The translations under genes were made by a program, and so were the position numbers. Source: Phoronis australis (lineage: Eukaryota; Animalia; Phoronida). From it: a stretch of 64,000 nucleotides of DNA. The DNA lies in the NCBI GenBank assembly GCA_002633005.1, contig NMRA01000268.1, forward strand, positions 254,585 to 318,584, in the 5' to 3' direction. The notes beneath the pieces are model-generated. The model was not told the DNA's origin. It was given only the letters and a program-made list of their open reading frames with translations, and did not search any database. Shown piece after piece: positions 38,308 through 52,075 of this stretch; within the stretch, counting starts at the first letter, position 1; each line of letters opens with the position of its first letter.

Positions 38308-39055
38308 CACCATGAGCTTACTAGCATACTGATGGATGGCTACGAGAGAGACTGCTCAACTCACCCTCAGCTTACTAGCATACTGATGGATGGCTACGAG
38401 AGAGACTGCTCAACTCACCCTCAGCTTACTAGCATACTGATGGACGGCTAGGAGGGAGGCTGCTCAACTCACCTTAAGCTTACTAGTATGTTGATGGATG
38501 ACTAGGGCAACGCTGCTCAACTCATCAACTCACCTTGAGCTTACTAGTATATTGATGGATGGCTAGAAGAGAGGCTGCTAATCTCACCTTGAGCTTAGAA
38601 GTGTATTGATGGATGGCTAGAAGAGAGGCTGCTAATCTCACCTTGAGCTTACTAGCATATTGATGGATGATTAGGAGAGAAGCTGCTAAACTCACCCTGA
38701 GCTTAATAGTATATGACTAAGAGAGAGGCTGCTCATAACACCTTGAGCTTACTAGTAAATTGATGGATGGCTAGGGGAGAGGCTATTCAACTCACCTTGA
38801 ACTTACTAGCATATTGATGGGTGGTTAGGAGAGAGGCTGCTCGCTACAGCTTGAGCTTACTAGGGTGGATGGCTAGGGGGAGGCATCTCGCTACACCATG
38901 AGGTTACTAGTGTAGTGATGGATGGCTAGGGGGAGGCATCTCGCTACACCATGAGGTTACTAGTGTAGTGATGGATGGCTAGGGGGAGGCATCTCGCTAC
39001 ACCATGAGGTTACTAGTGTATTGATGGATGGCTAGGGGAGAGGCTGCTCAACTCC
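38308..39055. repeat. Degenerate ~50-54-bp minisatellite
   Basis: Unit ~ caccttgagcttactagcatattgatggatggctaggagagaggctgctcaact, roughly 14 copies. Confidence 0.92.
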
Positions 39056-40110
39056 AACCATAATATGCTGAAGTTTATTAAATTTAAAACATAATGTGGT
39101 GGGACAGGGAAAAATATTTTATAAAAATTTTCAACAAAAGTAAACAGGAAGAAAATTTTACTTCATCATTTCCAAAGTTTATATTATACAACTTTCATCA
39201 ACAAACACACAATGAAATCTGAGCATTTTTAACACTACAGTGAATTTACTTGAAAGTTGAAGAAGTGACCATTTCGTTAATTGGTTTTGTTCGCATTTTA
39301 GGAAACTTTACCGCACTTATCATATGTCACGATGACGGTGCTTGCACACCGAGTAATGGATTTCTGAATGACAGTTAACACCAATTTGGCCATCTTATGC
39401 ACAGCACTGCTGTCGTTTTTTAAAAGTACTGCGGGAACATTTGNTAGAAGAGAGGCTGCTAATCTCACCTTGAGCTTACTAGCATATTGATGGATGATTA
39501 GGAGAGAAACTGCTAAACTCACCCTGAGTTTAATAGTATATGACTAAGAGAGAGGCTGCTCATAACACCTTGAGCTTACTAGTTATTGCTGGATGGCTAG
39601 GAGAGAGGCTGCTCGCTACACCTTGAGCTTACTAGGATGGATGACTAGGGGGAGGCATCTCGCTACACCATGAGGTTACTGGTGTATTGATGGATGGCTA
39701 AGGGAGAGGCTGCTCAACTCCAACCATAATATGCTGAAGTTTATTCAATTTAAAACATAATGTGGTGGGACAGGGAAAAAATATTTTATCAAAATTTTCA
39801 ACAAAAGTAAACAGGAAGAAAATTTTACTTCATCATTTCCAAAGTTTATATTATACAACTTTCATCAACAAACACACAATGAAATCTGAGCATTTTTAAC
39901 ACTACAGTGAATTTACTTGAAAGTTGAAGAAGTGACCATTTCGTTAATTGTTTTTGTTCGCATTTTAGGAAACTTTACCACACTTATCATATGTCACGAT
40001 GACGGTGCTTGCACACCGAGTAATGGATTTCTGAATGACAGTTAACACCAATTTGGCCATCTTATGCACAGCACTGCTGTCGTTTTTTAAAAGTACTGCG
40101 GGAACATTTG
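38618..40110. repeat. Direct duplication across a single N (probable uncollapsed haplotypes)
   Basis: 38618-39443 and 39445-40110 are near-identical apart from SNPs and repeat-unit number; N at 39444. Confidence 0.85.
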
Positions 40111-43100
40111 TCAGCTTGTAAATATCTGGTGCCATCACAGCTAGCTTGTGGACAAGTAATCTCAGCAATAATTTTAGTTTAAAGTGGTGACATTTAATTT
40201 CACAGTGACTGGATGTTGCGTGCTTCGAGGATTTTTCGTGCAAAATATTTGTTAAGATGCATCAATATTTTTGTAGGGCATTTTTTATTCGTAATTGTAG
40301 CAAAAAGCATGCTACAGTGGCTCTGGCCTTCAATTCTGGTATGCTGAAGCGACAGGAGTTGTTTTCCAAACATATTGTGTTGATGTCACCAAATTATATG
40401 AGGTGTCAGAGGATGTTTATGAGCCAACAACCATCTGACAGTATATTTAAACAATGACAGTGCCGTAGATGAAATCCCTGAATTGTGCAGGTGTTTGGGT
40501 GAAATCGACATACTATCAGAATTTAATATTACTTTAAATAATTCTTATGTTGAAAAGGGAAGTAGATGAGAGTACCATGGGCAATTTGCTACAAGAAAAT
40601 ACAAGAAAAGACAACATGGCCAGACGACAAGTCTGCTTATATCTACAGCCTGTACGTTTTTTAAAATTTGAAAGCTCCATGCAGTGGCACATTTGAAAAC
40701 CAATGCTTTGTTCAGGTTTTGGTTGAAACCATTTGTTTTAGTTCTGAATACTGTGAATTAGTTTTGCTAGTTGAAAAAGCATGTATCAAATAGAGTTAAA
40801 ATGATTTAATAGTTAAAATTTAAGGTTGTTTTGTACCTTATTGACCAGCCTTTGTATTTAGCCAAATCTACAAAACCATAGATTTGAACTAGGTGAAACT
40901 ATACAGTTTAAGCTGAAAGTAAAAACATGTAGATTTTTACTTAATTTACCAATCCATAATAATTGGATCATGTGACCATGTCTTTTTTGTAAAATTTAGC
41001 AAAAAAGAAACTTAAGGTACATTTATAGCAAAACAACGGTATCGATAACATGATCAAATTTTATTGTTCAAGATGAGATCTCAAAAACTCTGTTATGCTT
41101 TCCTAAAATATCACTTCATTTTTGTTTTTATGAAAATTCAGTTTTTCATTAATCGTAAAAGTTGATAGCCCCTCATGAAAAGCTTGAAAATGTTAAAAAC
41201 AATTCCCATCACCATTTTGGATAACAGTGCATAAAGCATACCATAGTATCTGAAGTATCGCACGAGTCTGATAACCCATTTCTGAGACATATTGTTTCGA
41301 ATTATTTTTCTAGGCTCACATAACCTCAAATGGGAAGATTCGTCACTGCTAAATAGATTCAGTCCAGTTTGCAGTTTACAATTTCCTTGAGGCTCAATCA
41401 ACACTGAAAGTCTTCAACACATAAAAGCATTGTGAACAGAACTAAATAAAACAGTCAAAACTTGAATGACTGAACACAGCAAATTATTTACTAGTATTTT
41501 TGTTATAAATGACTAAAAGTAGCGGATGCTGGGAATTCACATTTCCTAATACCTATGGAGAAAGTAAGACTACTATGACGGTTTGTTTAAAAACCTTGGG
41601 TTTCACACAGAAACAAATGAGAGCTGACAGATATGAAGGCAATATAATCAAAATATACCTGCAATTAGCAGTACAAATTCTAAAAAATTAATTACATTTA
41701 GCATCCTAGGCAAGAGTAGTAGTGTCACAATAGTCACGGAGGTGACAGAACCAGTAAAACTTGCATACTTTCAACAGAAATACAGAGCCTACTCACTTTT
41801 ACGGCACATATCACTGCACAGCAGTAGCGTATACCAAACAAAACATCTGTACCTAATTTCCATCTGACAATAATCAATAACAAGCAGGCGTAATAATAAC
41901 CACAAAACCAATAATACAGACCAAAAATACCTCAATATTGAAGTTCAACAACAAGTTGTATGGAGATAATTGTGTAGCAACTGTAAATATAATTAATAAT
42001 GCTACATAACAAGGATTGTGCAGACATGGTGAGACTTATTAATCACACAGTTTGGCAGACAAGTGAAATTTTATGTTGTCACATTCTAAAGAGAAATAAA
42101 AATTGAGAACATTTCATTTTGAGCTACAAGCAAAGTAAATTTTCCTGAATCATTTTTGTTGGAAATTAGACAAAATGAAATTTCACCTGTCCACCATATT
42201 GTGCCCTAAACTGAAGAATTTGTACCGTAATTCCGGTGTTTTCCACGACCTCTTTTAATTCGACGCTGTAACGAGTTTGGATTTTGCCGCGTCGAGTTTG
42301 GAGAATGCGCGTCAAGTTTAGAAAGTGCTGCGCCAGGTTGGCACTTCAGCCCTCGGCACCTAAGCAGAGCCCGATTTAACCAACATCAAGCCCAATTCAG
42401 TACTTCTGATGCAGTTAACACTATATGTATAATTTTGTATGACACAAGAGTTTAAACTATAACTAATCATTCACAGAAAGATTTTTTCAAGCATAAAAAT
42501 AACAAAAGCTGAACAATGGCTGAGATGCCAATGAAGCAGACTTCTGAGTAGACCACAAAAACTAAAAAAGACCACTAAACCTTTAAAAGTCTCTGGACTC
42601 ATCAGGTTAATCTCTAGGCATTTCTTACACCAATTTCAATGCCACCTACTAATGAAGAAAACCTACTTACCAATACATTTGGAATAAAAAGGGTTTTAAT
42701 CAAGCCTCTTTTTCAAAGCAGTAAAAACCAAACATTACCTTGGTCAAGCAAATTCCATGAGATACAATGGAGTACTTATGAATGCCTACTTATTAGGACA
42801 GCAGACAACAGGGTTATGAACTATGTCATAGGTCATTACCCTCTTTCTGAGATTTTTGACATCTTATTATGTGAGCTGAGGCAGGAACTTCATCACTTAA
42901 CTGCAACTCCACCTAATCATCATTAGAAGGATGACTGCAGCCACCGATGGTTGAATACCTCCAATTTATTAGAAGTACACGATTGCGTCTCATGAAATTT
43001 GTCTGATAAATGACTCACCAATCAGATGAAATTATTTAGTGAGACCAATTACTATGACTGAATCAAAAATTTGTTGCCGTTTAAATTTTTTTAGATTAAA

Positions 43101-43705
43101 TTTGCTAATTATTCAAACAAGGACATTACTAGCCTCAGTTTCGTTTGATGTCATTAAGGTATAATAATATGCTTGTTTTTGTTATTATTCCCGCTTATCC
43201 AACAATTTGAAAGGTTTCAGGAAACAGACATGCCCATTTTGTTTTGAACCTGCCTCCAAGTAACCTTGTTATTGTGGATCATTTCTGAAAAGCATGCGGA
43301 GCAGTTTCAGCTAATCATGTTCACCGAGTATTGAATAATGCAGCCTCCCCTCCCATCTAATAATTTCTAGTTGACTATAAACTTTCATCATCATAATACT
43401 CGTTTCAATCACCATTCCTTCAGTATAACTGAAGCTAGACTGTAAAATAAATCATCATTCCACATTTTTATTCAATCCAGTCAATCTTCATTCATTTTCA
43501 AGACTAAAGTAAAAATTTTTTGATAGTATGGTGCAAGATGATGAAAATTATTATCTTTTCGCATATTTTTACATGTCATATTTATTTATTTTATTTTATT
43601 CAATTTATTCCTTGTTATAAAAGACATTGTTTACATTGGGCTGAGTTTCTTATGTTATCGATTTCATTTATGGTAGTTCTGGAACTGACTTTTCAATGTG
43701 TTTTT

Positions 43706-43889
43706 AATCAGCCTCGTAACATTCCTCACAGTCATAAAATTCCATTTCCATTACCATCAAAACCATTGACTAAACAAACGACTCAACAAATTACTGCAAA
43801 AATATTTCAGAGTTTATTGGGACTGGCCAACTCTTAATTGGTAATGGAATTGGGATCCCATAATGGTAAGGAATATTACGAGACTGGTT
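43706..43889. mobile_element. Small fold-back MITE
   Basis: AATCAGCCTCGTAACATTCCT ... AGGAATATTACGAGACTGGTT, with inner ttccattacc/ggtaatggaa. Confidence 0.6.
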
Positions 43890-45889
43890 TTATGAGAGCC
43901 AAAGGCCCAACTCGATTTTCATTTTTAACCAGAGACATGAAGCTTTAATGAACGAGTGCAAACAAGTTAACATCCTGGCGCATCCTGTCTTGCTTACTTA
44001 CGTGGTGGGTTGTTGATGACAGGCATGGAATTCACATGCACTAGACCCAATTCTGCCATGGTGGACCAATCACAGAACAGATGAGTCCAATGTGTAGACA
44101 GCCATGTCCCAAGGTAATGACAACACTGTCCTGCTCTGCAAAACAATAATTGTCTCTAAAAGCAATGCATTAATACCTAAGGCTTATGTAAATTGAGACA
44201 GATTATGTATGTAGTATCTCTCCAGTTATCTGACATGAAGAGGACAGGTCCAACCCCAAAATAGATAACAATGGTAAACAACTCTTGGATGGATTGAGAC
44301 TAATATAAGAAGCTAATAAACTCTACTGACATATTTTCAACAACCAAGGTTGTTTTAAAAAGCCATCCGTTTCATATCAACACATCACCTTGAGTTTAGG
44401 TATTGCATCAGATATTTGCAATTAGTAATCGTGACAAATATCAACGTCACCATAGTCATCATACCCGTCACCATACCCGTTGGTTATATCACATGATCAA
44501 ATTACGGAAAGTCTGATAGCAGATGGGGCCTAAGAGAAGATTGAAATTCATATTACTAACCAACACTAACTGACCTCACATACAATTTAGGAGGACAATC
44601 GGTAACCATAGTGCACTGTAATTCATATTGCCTTTTAAGGTCTGTGAATTAAACTAAATAACTAAAAAATTGTCTGTAAAAGTAAATATTTTCTAAAAGT
44701 ACAATCCCTCTAGAACTAGATTTTTGACGTTATTATACCAAACTGCAATCACTTGGGTCAGGTGATCAAGCTTTTTAGAAAAATTTACCAAAGCAAGATA
44801 GCAACCTGACCAAATTTCATTTGACATGCAGTTCGATAGAATCTCAAAAATGCTATAACAATTTTTTAAACAATCATTTCATTTTCGTAATATTACGGTT
44901 GCAACTTCCATTTTTTTATAAAAAATTAGATATCATATTTTGTAGCCCTTCATGCGAAATGGAACATTTTGAAAACAAATCCTAACAGTGTATTGGAGAA
45001 CAATGCATACAGCATAGTATCTTTGAACGTTTTTATGTATCCGGTCAGCCATTTCTGAGACACGAGGCTCTGAAGTTAGCTAATTTTGGCCAAATTTCCA
45101 GGGTCTTACATAATGTTAATGTCCAATAATCAATTCTCATCAATTGTCACACATTCTAATATTCTAATCTCATCGCTATTCTCGTTATTCTAGTCTACTA
45201 TTGAATAGTCTTCTTTTTGTTAATTAGACAAAACAGTCATATTAATTCTATGGGCAGCATTTATGATCACATGGTCAAGTGCAATATTCACAAACATAAT
45301 ATTGAATAGAAAAGGTTAATACACAAAAAAGAAACCAATATAAAACATGTTTCAACAATAACTGAATACATAAATTTGATTTAAATGTAAAGTTGTCTTA
45401 AAAACAAAGATTACAGAACGATAAACAATGCAGAAAAGGATTCACATTTCTGGGTCTCCTCTGTAAGCCATCTCCAGAGTCGAAGTCTTCAAAGCAGAGC
45501 ACAATTGCTCAAATTGAAAATTCCTCAATTTGGGACAAAAATAATTGCTTAAATTGCTACATTTCTATTTTTCAGAGGCAGAACATATGGTTGTAAGGAT
45601 TGCTGATGAAAGAAAGCAATTTAAGTGCACAATGTATTTTTGATGAGGTGAAAATTTCTGATTCGGTGACCAGATTTGGGCTAGGGCCTACCGCCTGCTT
45701 AAAATACACAGGGATGAAATTAACACAGAGACCGAGGGTGAGGGGCTAACGACTACGTGTAATTTTTGGGTAGGTAGCAAAACTTTAGAAAAGGTAGACA
45801 CTCATTAACTAGTCGATAAACCGACTCTTAAGGCAATAGGGTTGGAAGTCCACACAGTGAAAGTTTAGAATCAAGTGCCATACATAAAG

Positions 45890-46960
45890 TCGCGCGGATG
45901 GCCCGCCATTTTGGGACAAGAATAAATATTTCCGAAATGAGTTTTTCATAGTCCACAAAATTGGTACAAGGTCCAAAAACTGTTTTTCAATGATCCTCGA
46001 ATTTCGGACAATGTCATAAACATCGGATTTCTGTCCTGCGACTTTCGGACAAGGAACATTTTCGAAACGCTAACTTTGGATCGACGCAACTCTCGTGTCA
46101 TTAAAGCGTTCAATGGATGATTACTGCTCTACAAGGCTTGAATCTGAAAATCGGTGCAACGGGCTCTGTAATTTTTACCTTGTCTTGAAGATGTCACGAC
46201 TGTTACTTGGTTGTCTTGCGTTTAGCTTGTGTTTGGCGCTTTATCTATGAAGAGAATCACCGAGTCCCGAATGACGAAAATATCTGATGAAAATACAAAT
46301 GGGAAATACACTGAAGGCTGCAACTTTTCGTTGTAGCGTGACATTTGCTCTGGTTTAATTAGACCGTGCTGTTCGACTTCCGACTGTCACATTGAACTTG
46401 CACACCTGACATCAACTTGGGTGCTTATGAAACTTTTTATTTTAAAAACGTCCTGGCCTTTGCAAATGCCCTTGTCAGTGGCTAAAATCTCCCGACGACG
46501 TGTTCGGATTTTATCCTTGACGCGATGAGAAATATTTTTGTTTAGGTCCCCATACACAATACAGCCAAGCCTGTCCGTCAGATATCGCGCGTTCAAAGTA
46601 GTGTAGATAGTGAACAGCAGTAGCCGAAAGAAACGGGGGCCAAAGAAAAGCTGGTTACAAAGCAAACACAATTAAGTCGCACACCGCGTGAGTCCGACCG
46701 AGGCTGCATCGTGCACGGGAGATTTTAAGTTTCTTCCTCTTCAGTCGATTAACTATCGTCGGACAATAAGTTTTGACACCGGGACCCCTTGGCACTCTCT
46801 GTCTGCGGCGACTAAGAAAATCCTCCACTAATTTTGAAAAATGCCGACAAGTCAGTTGAATCAGATTTGGTATAGTCGTTGCTTCTTGTGGTTTTACGGG
46901 TAGGTTAACAAGAATACAGGACCCGCAGTCCGATGCAACGGGCCTGGAACCTGATAGGTG
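45890..46960 (-). promoter_or_regulatory. CpG-enriched region, candidate PANK promoter / 5' non-coding exon
   Basis: Visibly higher CpG density than the flanks, a minus-strand donor AAG|GTAAAA at 46177-46178, and a YY1-like GCCATTTT at 45905. The A-rich plus-strand skew of the PANK introns appears to end here. Confidence 0.4.
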
Positions 46961-47586
46961 TTTACAACCCTTAGTTCCATATATAATTTCTACAGAACCT
47001 TGTCTTTTTGTCCATGTCACCGCCTTCAGTTGATAATTTTGAGACAAAAAAAGAAATGTGATCTTAAACTAAAAAATGTGGTTTTTGTATTACCTAAGGT
47101 AGTTTTAGGAGCATTTCAGCTGTAAGTATATTTAATTGTGTTTGATTCGAAAGAGATGACAGTTACATTGCTAATTATTATTGTTCTATTTTTACCTGAG
47201 GTGATGCGTAACCTGCAGCAAGGGTAAACAATTTTGGAAAGTATTACCAGCGATTTCCGTATATAAGTTTGGGAAACCAAAAGTCGGAAGTAAAAATACA
47301 CCACGGCCTATACTCGGCAATGCCGAATACACGAACAAAGTATAAATACTGTAACTCGCCCTAAATATATCCTAGTGAGAACAGCATTATTTTTAGATTT
47401 CAAACATGAATTTTTATTCTCAGATATGCATCCCAGGAATATTTTTGGGAAAAAAATTTAAGATACGCGAACTGTGGATATATTCTGCTGGACTTAAATT
47501 CGAAAATCTACGGTGGATCTTCCTAAACCTGTAAACCATGAAAAATTCATTGAGACAGTTTTGTTCAACTAACATGTTCAACTAGC

Positions 47587-48280
47587 ATGCCGTTCTTGCA
47601 AGTCGGTCAGAGCGTTCGCGTTGAAGGCGTTATTGCAACAGGTAAGTGTTGTTTTGATTTTTGTTTGGTGTTTCCATATTTTATTTTGTTATGTATTCCA
47701 ATCTTCATATAGTCATTGTTCTTCTTCAGAAGAAACAGCCCTGTTATGATTATCAGTTTTATTTCATCCACAAACAGATTTCACAAGAGTTTTCACCGTC
47801 AGCAGTTAAGCTTGTGGTTAAAAACGTAAGCGAAACCCTGATGTGTTAGATCATCTCAGTTTCATGAAGACGCGCCAGTGTGTCACTGAGTTGACATTGA
47901 GTGTTTCAAAGGCTGTGGATGAGAAAGGTTTCAATTGTAAAAAACGGTTGAGTGAATTTGATGTTGGTAGCATTTGAAATTGCATTCACTTTCTAGACCA
48001 CGCTCTTCTATATACAATATGTTAGTTAATCGTGCTCTTCAGCCGCGCAGCACTGTACGAGTCGACACATTCCCATCATTTGCAGTAGGCCTAAACATGT
48101 AGAATGACAGTGATCCAGAGTCTGATGCGCTTCTTCAACAGATGACAACCACCAGAGCGACGAATGGGGATCATGAGTGGAAGAGAAACTACTCATTTAA
48201 CTATCATGATTATCTTTGCACTCTATTTTGGTTAATTGTTCATTCGACGTTTTCATGTTGAAACTGAGCTTTCAGTTAAT
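47587..48280 (+). pseudogene. Possible decayed galectin-like gene (3 exon-like pieces)
   Basis: MPFLQVGQSVRVEGVIAT|gtaagt, then cag|DFTRVFTVS*...DVLDHLSF...EFDVG/AFEIAFTF|gttagt, then cag|MTTTRATNGDHEW...FDVFMLKLSF. The order resembles galectin CRD strands. There are stops and frameshifts, and the HxNPR/WGxE residues are absent. Confidence 0.3.
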
Positions 48281-49816
48281 ATGCAAATAAAGGTGTCATA
48301 GTTAACTTGCGTTTCGGTTTGTAACTGGCAGACAATGCACGGATGCGTTTAACAAATATACATATATACCCTGTTCTCGTCATTGTTCGTCACTTTCTTC
48401 ACTGAACTCGTTCCCACATCCATTACTGTTACGTTTAATGCAAAATTCGTTAAAATTGAGAAAGCGCATGTTTTGATGGTCAGGAACCCTCTTTGTGCGT
48501 CGAATACGCAAGTCCAGCTTTTTAATGGGAAACCACATTGAAAAAAGCCCTTATCAGGGCACTCTTTGTGCGTTGACAATGCAAACTCCACATTTTTATT
48601 GAGAAGACACATTTTTACAAAAGAGAATCAGTTGTCTGGAACGTTTCATGTGTGTCAACAACGCAAACCAGACTGTCCTTGAAAAGCCCATGTTTGTCAC
48701 CAGGAACACTCTTGTTTTTCACAACACACCCTGATATTTCAAATGAGCACATTTTTGAAAGAAATTCCGTCACTTGCCGAGAAAAGTTTTTGAGTATCGG
48801 CAATGCAAGCCGAATATTTCATATTTTTCAGGGCTTGGAATGACCAATGACAAAAAAAGCGGAAACTTTTACGGCACAAAACATGAGCCTTGAAATAGTC
48901 GATGTGAACCTTTCGCCGACAAAAATCGAGTGGACTAAAAAAAAAAAAACCACCATCAGTAGCACACACATCTGCGTCTTTTTAGCTTGACCGTCCACTC
49001 CCACCCCACGCATCCACACGATTTTGGCTACAGAGCCGCAGTATTTTGTCACACGAGACGCCATTGAAAATCCCACCACGCTATTCCAGATGCCCAGGCA
49101 ATGTTGACAATTTACGTTCCTCAGAAACATAAAGAGCAACTTCCGCTTTTCGAGGTGAACGTCGCCGGCAACGTCGCGGTAAGAAAGGAATTTGCCGCGG
49201 AAATTTTAAATCAAATCCGATTTTTTTTACGTGGAAATATAATAAAATGCGTGGACAGAACATTTGAAATTAGCGGAAATCCGCGTTTCCGTGGAAAATT
49301 CCAAGCCTTGATTTTTGAAAAAAGAACCAAAACTTGTCGGGAATGTTCTTTGTGCATCGACAACGCACATTTCTTATTGGGAAAGCCAGTTTTTCAAAAA
49401 TTAATGGCGCAGACCGTTTAGTCCCGTTGACCAACACTTATACTGCTATCAAATGGCTGATACTACGACTGCTCAGCAAAATAATGTACACTTATGAAAT
49501 TCGGACACGAGTTGAAACCCAAATTTGGAGGTCCGCCAAATTCGGACACCACAAAAATGATGTTTCGCGAGATTCGTCCAAGAATGAATTTTTTCTATTG
49601 AAATTAATTTTTAGAGTCCGAAAATCACGCGACTTTACCACACATACACCGAATTGCTCATAAAATATTAACCTGCACATGTCAAAATTGAATACAACAC
49701 AAATATATGAGTAGGGTATATATAAAATTGCCAGTTTGTCGCCTAAAGTCACGATGTCGATGACGCCGTCCATTCGTAATTCATCGGTAATTTCCGTACC
49801 GTCCTTGACCTAAGAT

Positions 49817-51554
49817 AGGGTGAGCAAACCAATATGGCGGAAATTCAGCAAGAGCGAAATTTTGCCATTTTTCATGATTTTCACAAGCTCATATCTATTA
49901 GCATACTAAGTGGTGGAAAATGAAAAGTATGCCAGTGAAATATTTAATTTTTCTTCTTTCTATTGATATCCATTACAAAATATTTGGCCACTTATGAGTA
50001 TTTTTAAAAATTGAAGTAAAGCGAGCACCTCACACATTTTCCACTCACCGGTAAATTCTTGTGACTTTCAGTAGGGGTCAAACTTTCAGCTGTTAAATGG
50101 CTGTTACTGAACCGATTTTAATGATATTTATATCAAACTGTTTGCTACAAAATTCTGCTTTCAACCCTGAGTGTACACTTTTTATTTTTTTGACAAAAAT
50201 ATGAAAAAATCTACTTTTTTTAATTTAATGCCTCGCCACTCTCTCACCTGGAAAAATCCTAAAAGTGTACACTCAATGTCATTATCACTTATCATGTCCT
50301 AATCCATTCCTGATCAAATTTTTTCACTTTATCTCACCATTTCCATTTAGGAACACTTCTAAAAAGGTAACTTCAGTCATTTTTCAAGAACCATGTTGAC
50401 CTTTGCAGGGTTCAAACTAAACTCGAACCTGATTGGTCAAATGCATTCAACAGAACCAGTCAAAACTTCTCTAAATTACAAAAAGTGGCCCAAACCTGGT
50501 AAAATATTTTCTTTAAATATAATATAGAATACTTTTAAAATTTAATTTACTTCAATTTTGGGGATAGAGTCATTTTTTTCTATTTTCTTCAAAAATATTT
50601 TCTGTTACACTTTTACTATCTCGTGGGGGCGCTGTGATCAGTTTCATTTTTAAAAAGTTACATATTTCACGAAAATAAATCTTCAGTCACCGCTGCAGTG
50701 CATCAAAACATTTTAGAATACAAATATGCTCTTTTTGGATAGTCACCAACACAACACCTCTCAGTTTCTATATTATTTGACAGGAATGAAATTGATTTAA
50801 AATTCGTTGAAATTTTAGGGTCCAATTTAATTTTGTTTAATTAAAAATGCATATTATCATTTTTTGTCATTTGGAGTGCAACTTAAGATTGTGAAAACAT
50901 TGATCTTACTTGGGAAAAAAGATTAATATACATAACCTCATAAATAACGAAATACTCTGAAAAAGACTAGTTTTCTGGTTTTTGCTCATTTTGAATTCAT
51001 TTGCTATGCAAATTTCATTTTTTAGAATTATTTCAAAATCTTTTGGAGCAAGAGAAACATGTTCACTAAACCATAGTAATTCTTGAAATGTTTTGTCATT
51101 TTCAAGGTAATAAGTTGCTCTCTTTTTAAAACATCACTTGTTCAACTTAGCTTCAGGGGCAAAAATGTCCTGTCACAATTAAAAAAAAAGTCGATGGTGA
51201 ATTTTTCAATTTTTGTTGTTCTTGTTCGTGCAAAATATAATAATTTGTGGTTTGGTGTTTATGCCATGTTGTTAACCTACTTGCAAAGGACTCTCCATCT
51301 TGTTTAAAGAACACTGTGAGCTATGAATTCCCAAATATAGTTGTCTAAACTTGCCATTTTCTGTGGCCTGAAATTTCTGGGTGCCGTTTGCTGAAAAAAA
51401 GGCCATTTTTGAGGCTCTAAAATTCAAATAACTCGGGAACCACCGAACCGATTTGAAAAATTCAAAAAGTTGTATAAACGGCATATCTAAAGCTATCATT
51501 TAACACTCTTTTCAAGTGTTTCTGATGAAATTTGTATTTGAGTTTGCTCACCCT
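49817..51554. mobile_element. Non-autonomous DNA transposon, 13-bp perfect TIR, 9-bp TSD (or 14-bp TIR with 7-bp TSD)
   Basis: ACCTAAGAT|AGGGTGAGCAAAC ... GTTTGCTCACCCT|ACCTAAGAT (TSD at 49808-49816 and 51555-51563). AT-rich interior with no transposase. Confidence 0.85.
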
Positions 51555-51734
51555 ACCTAAGATGGAAGTGTGTTTGGGCTTTTTGTGAACATTTTTGTTC
51601 TTTGACTGCGAATTTCTTATGAAGTCGCCGGAACAGGACACCGTGAAGAAGAAAGAACAATTGCCAATGGTTTTGTTGTAGATGTGCTTCCGGTGAATTA
51701 TATGAGCCTCTGTTAGCTACTCGCTAACGGGCAA

Positions 51735-52075
51735 TTGCCTATTAGCTGAATGGTTAGCACGCTTGCCGGTTTTATGGGGGTCGCGGGTTCGATCCCCGAG
51801 TCGGGTGATCTCCGCTATTACTACAGTTTGTTGAAACCTTGTTTTGTGTAAACTTATTGAGTTTTATGTTAGCTATGGAGGGCTGAAATGAAGCACCCGT
51901 GGAATTTCTAGTCGGGAGTGTCATACCTTGTAGTATTATATGTAGTGTATTGGGGACGATCAGAAGCTGAGGAGGCCTGTGCCTTGCCCGGCCCTTGCCG
52001 GTTTTATGGCCATGGCCATGGGGGTCGCTGGTTCGATACCCGTGTCGGGTAATCTCGGCTATTACTACACAGTTT
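51735..52075 (+). mobile_element. Two degenerate tRNA-derived (SINE head-like) segments
   Basis: A box TAGCTGAATGG (~51743) and B box GGTTCGATCCC (~51787). A second partial copy at ~51994-52075 has GGTTCGATACC. No intact cloverleaf. Confidence 0.55.

Noticed and set aside
42045-42204. CACAGT...ATTGTG Transib-like inverted ends (related sequence at ~30158)
   Set aside because: No matching 5-bp TSD and a degenerate TIR; cannot be classified.
48369-49716. TATA|CCCT...AGGG|TATA possible element ends, and ORFs at 48349-49773
   Set aside because: The inverted match is only 4-8 bp and the ORFs show no recognisable domain; probably a repeat, but the boundaries are unsupported.
51735-51810. Possible tRNA gene
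   Set aside because: A and B boxes are present, but the anticodon arm and acceptor stem do not form; treated as a SINE-like or pseudo-tRNA remnant.
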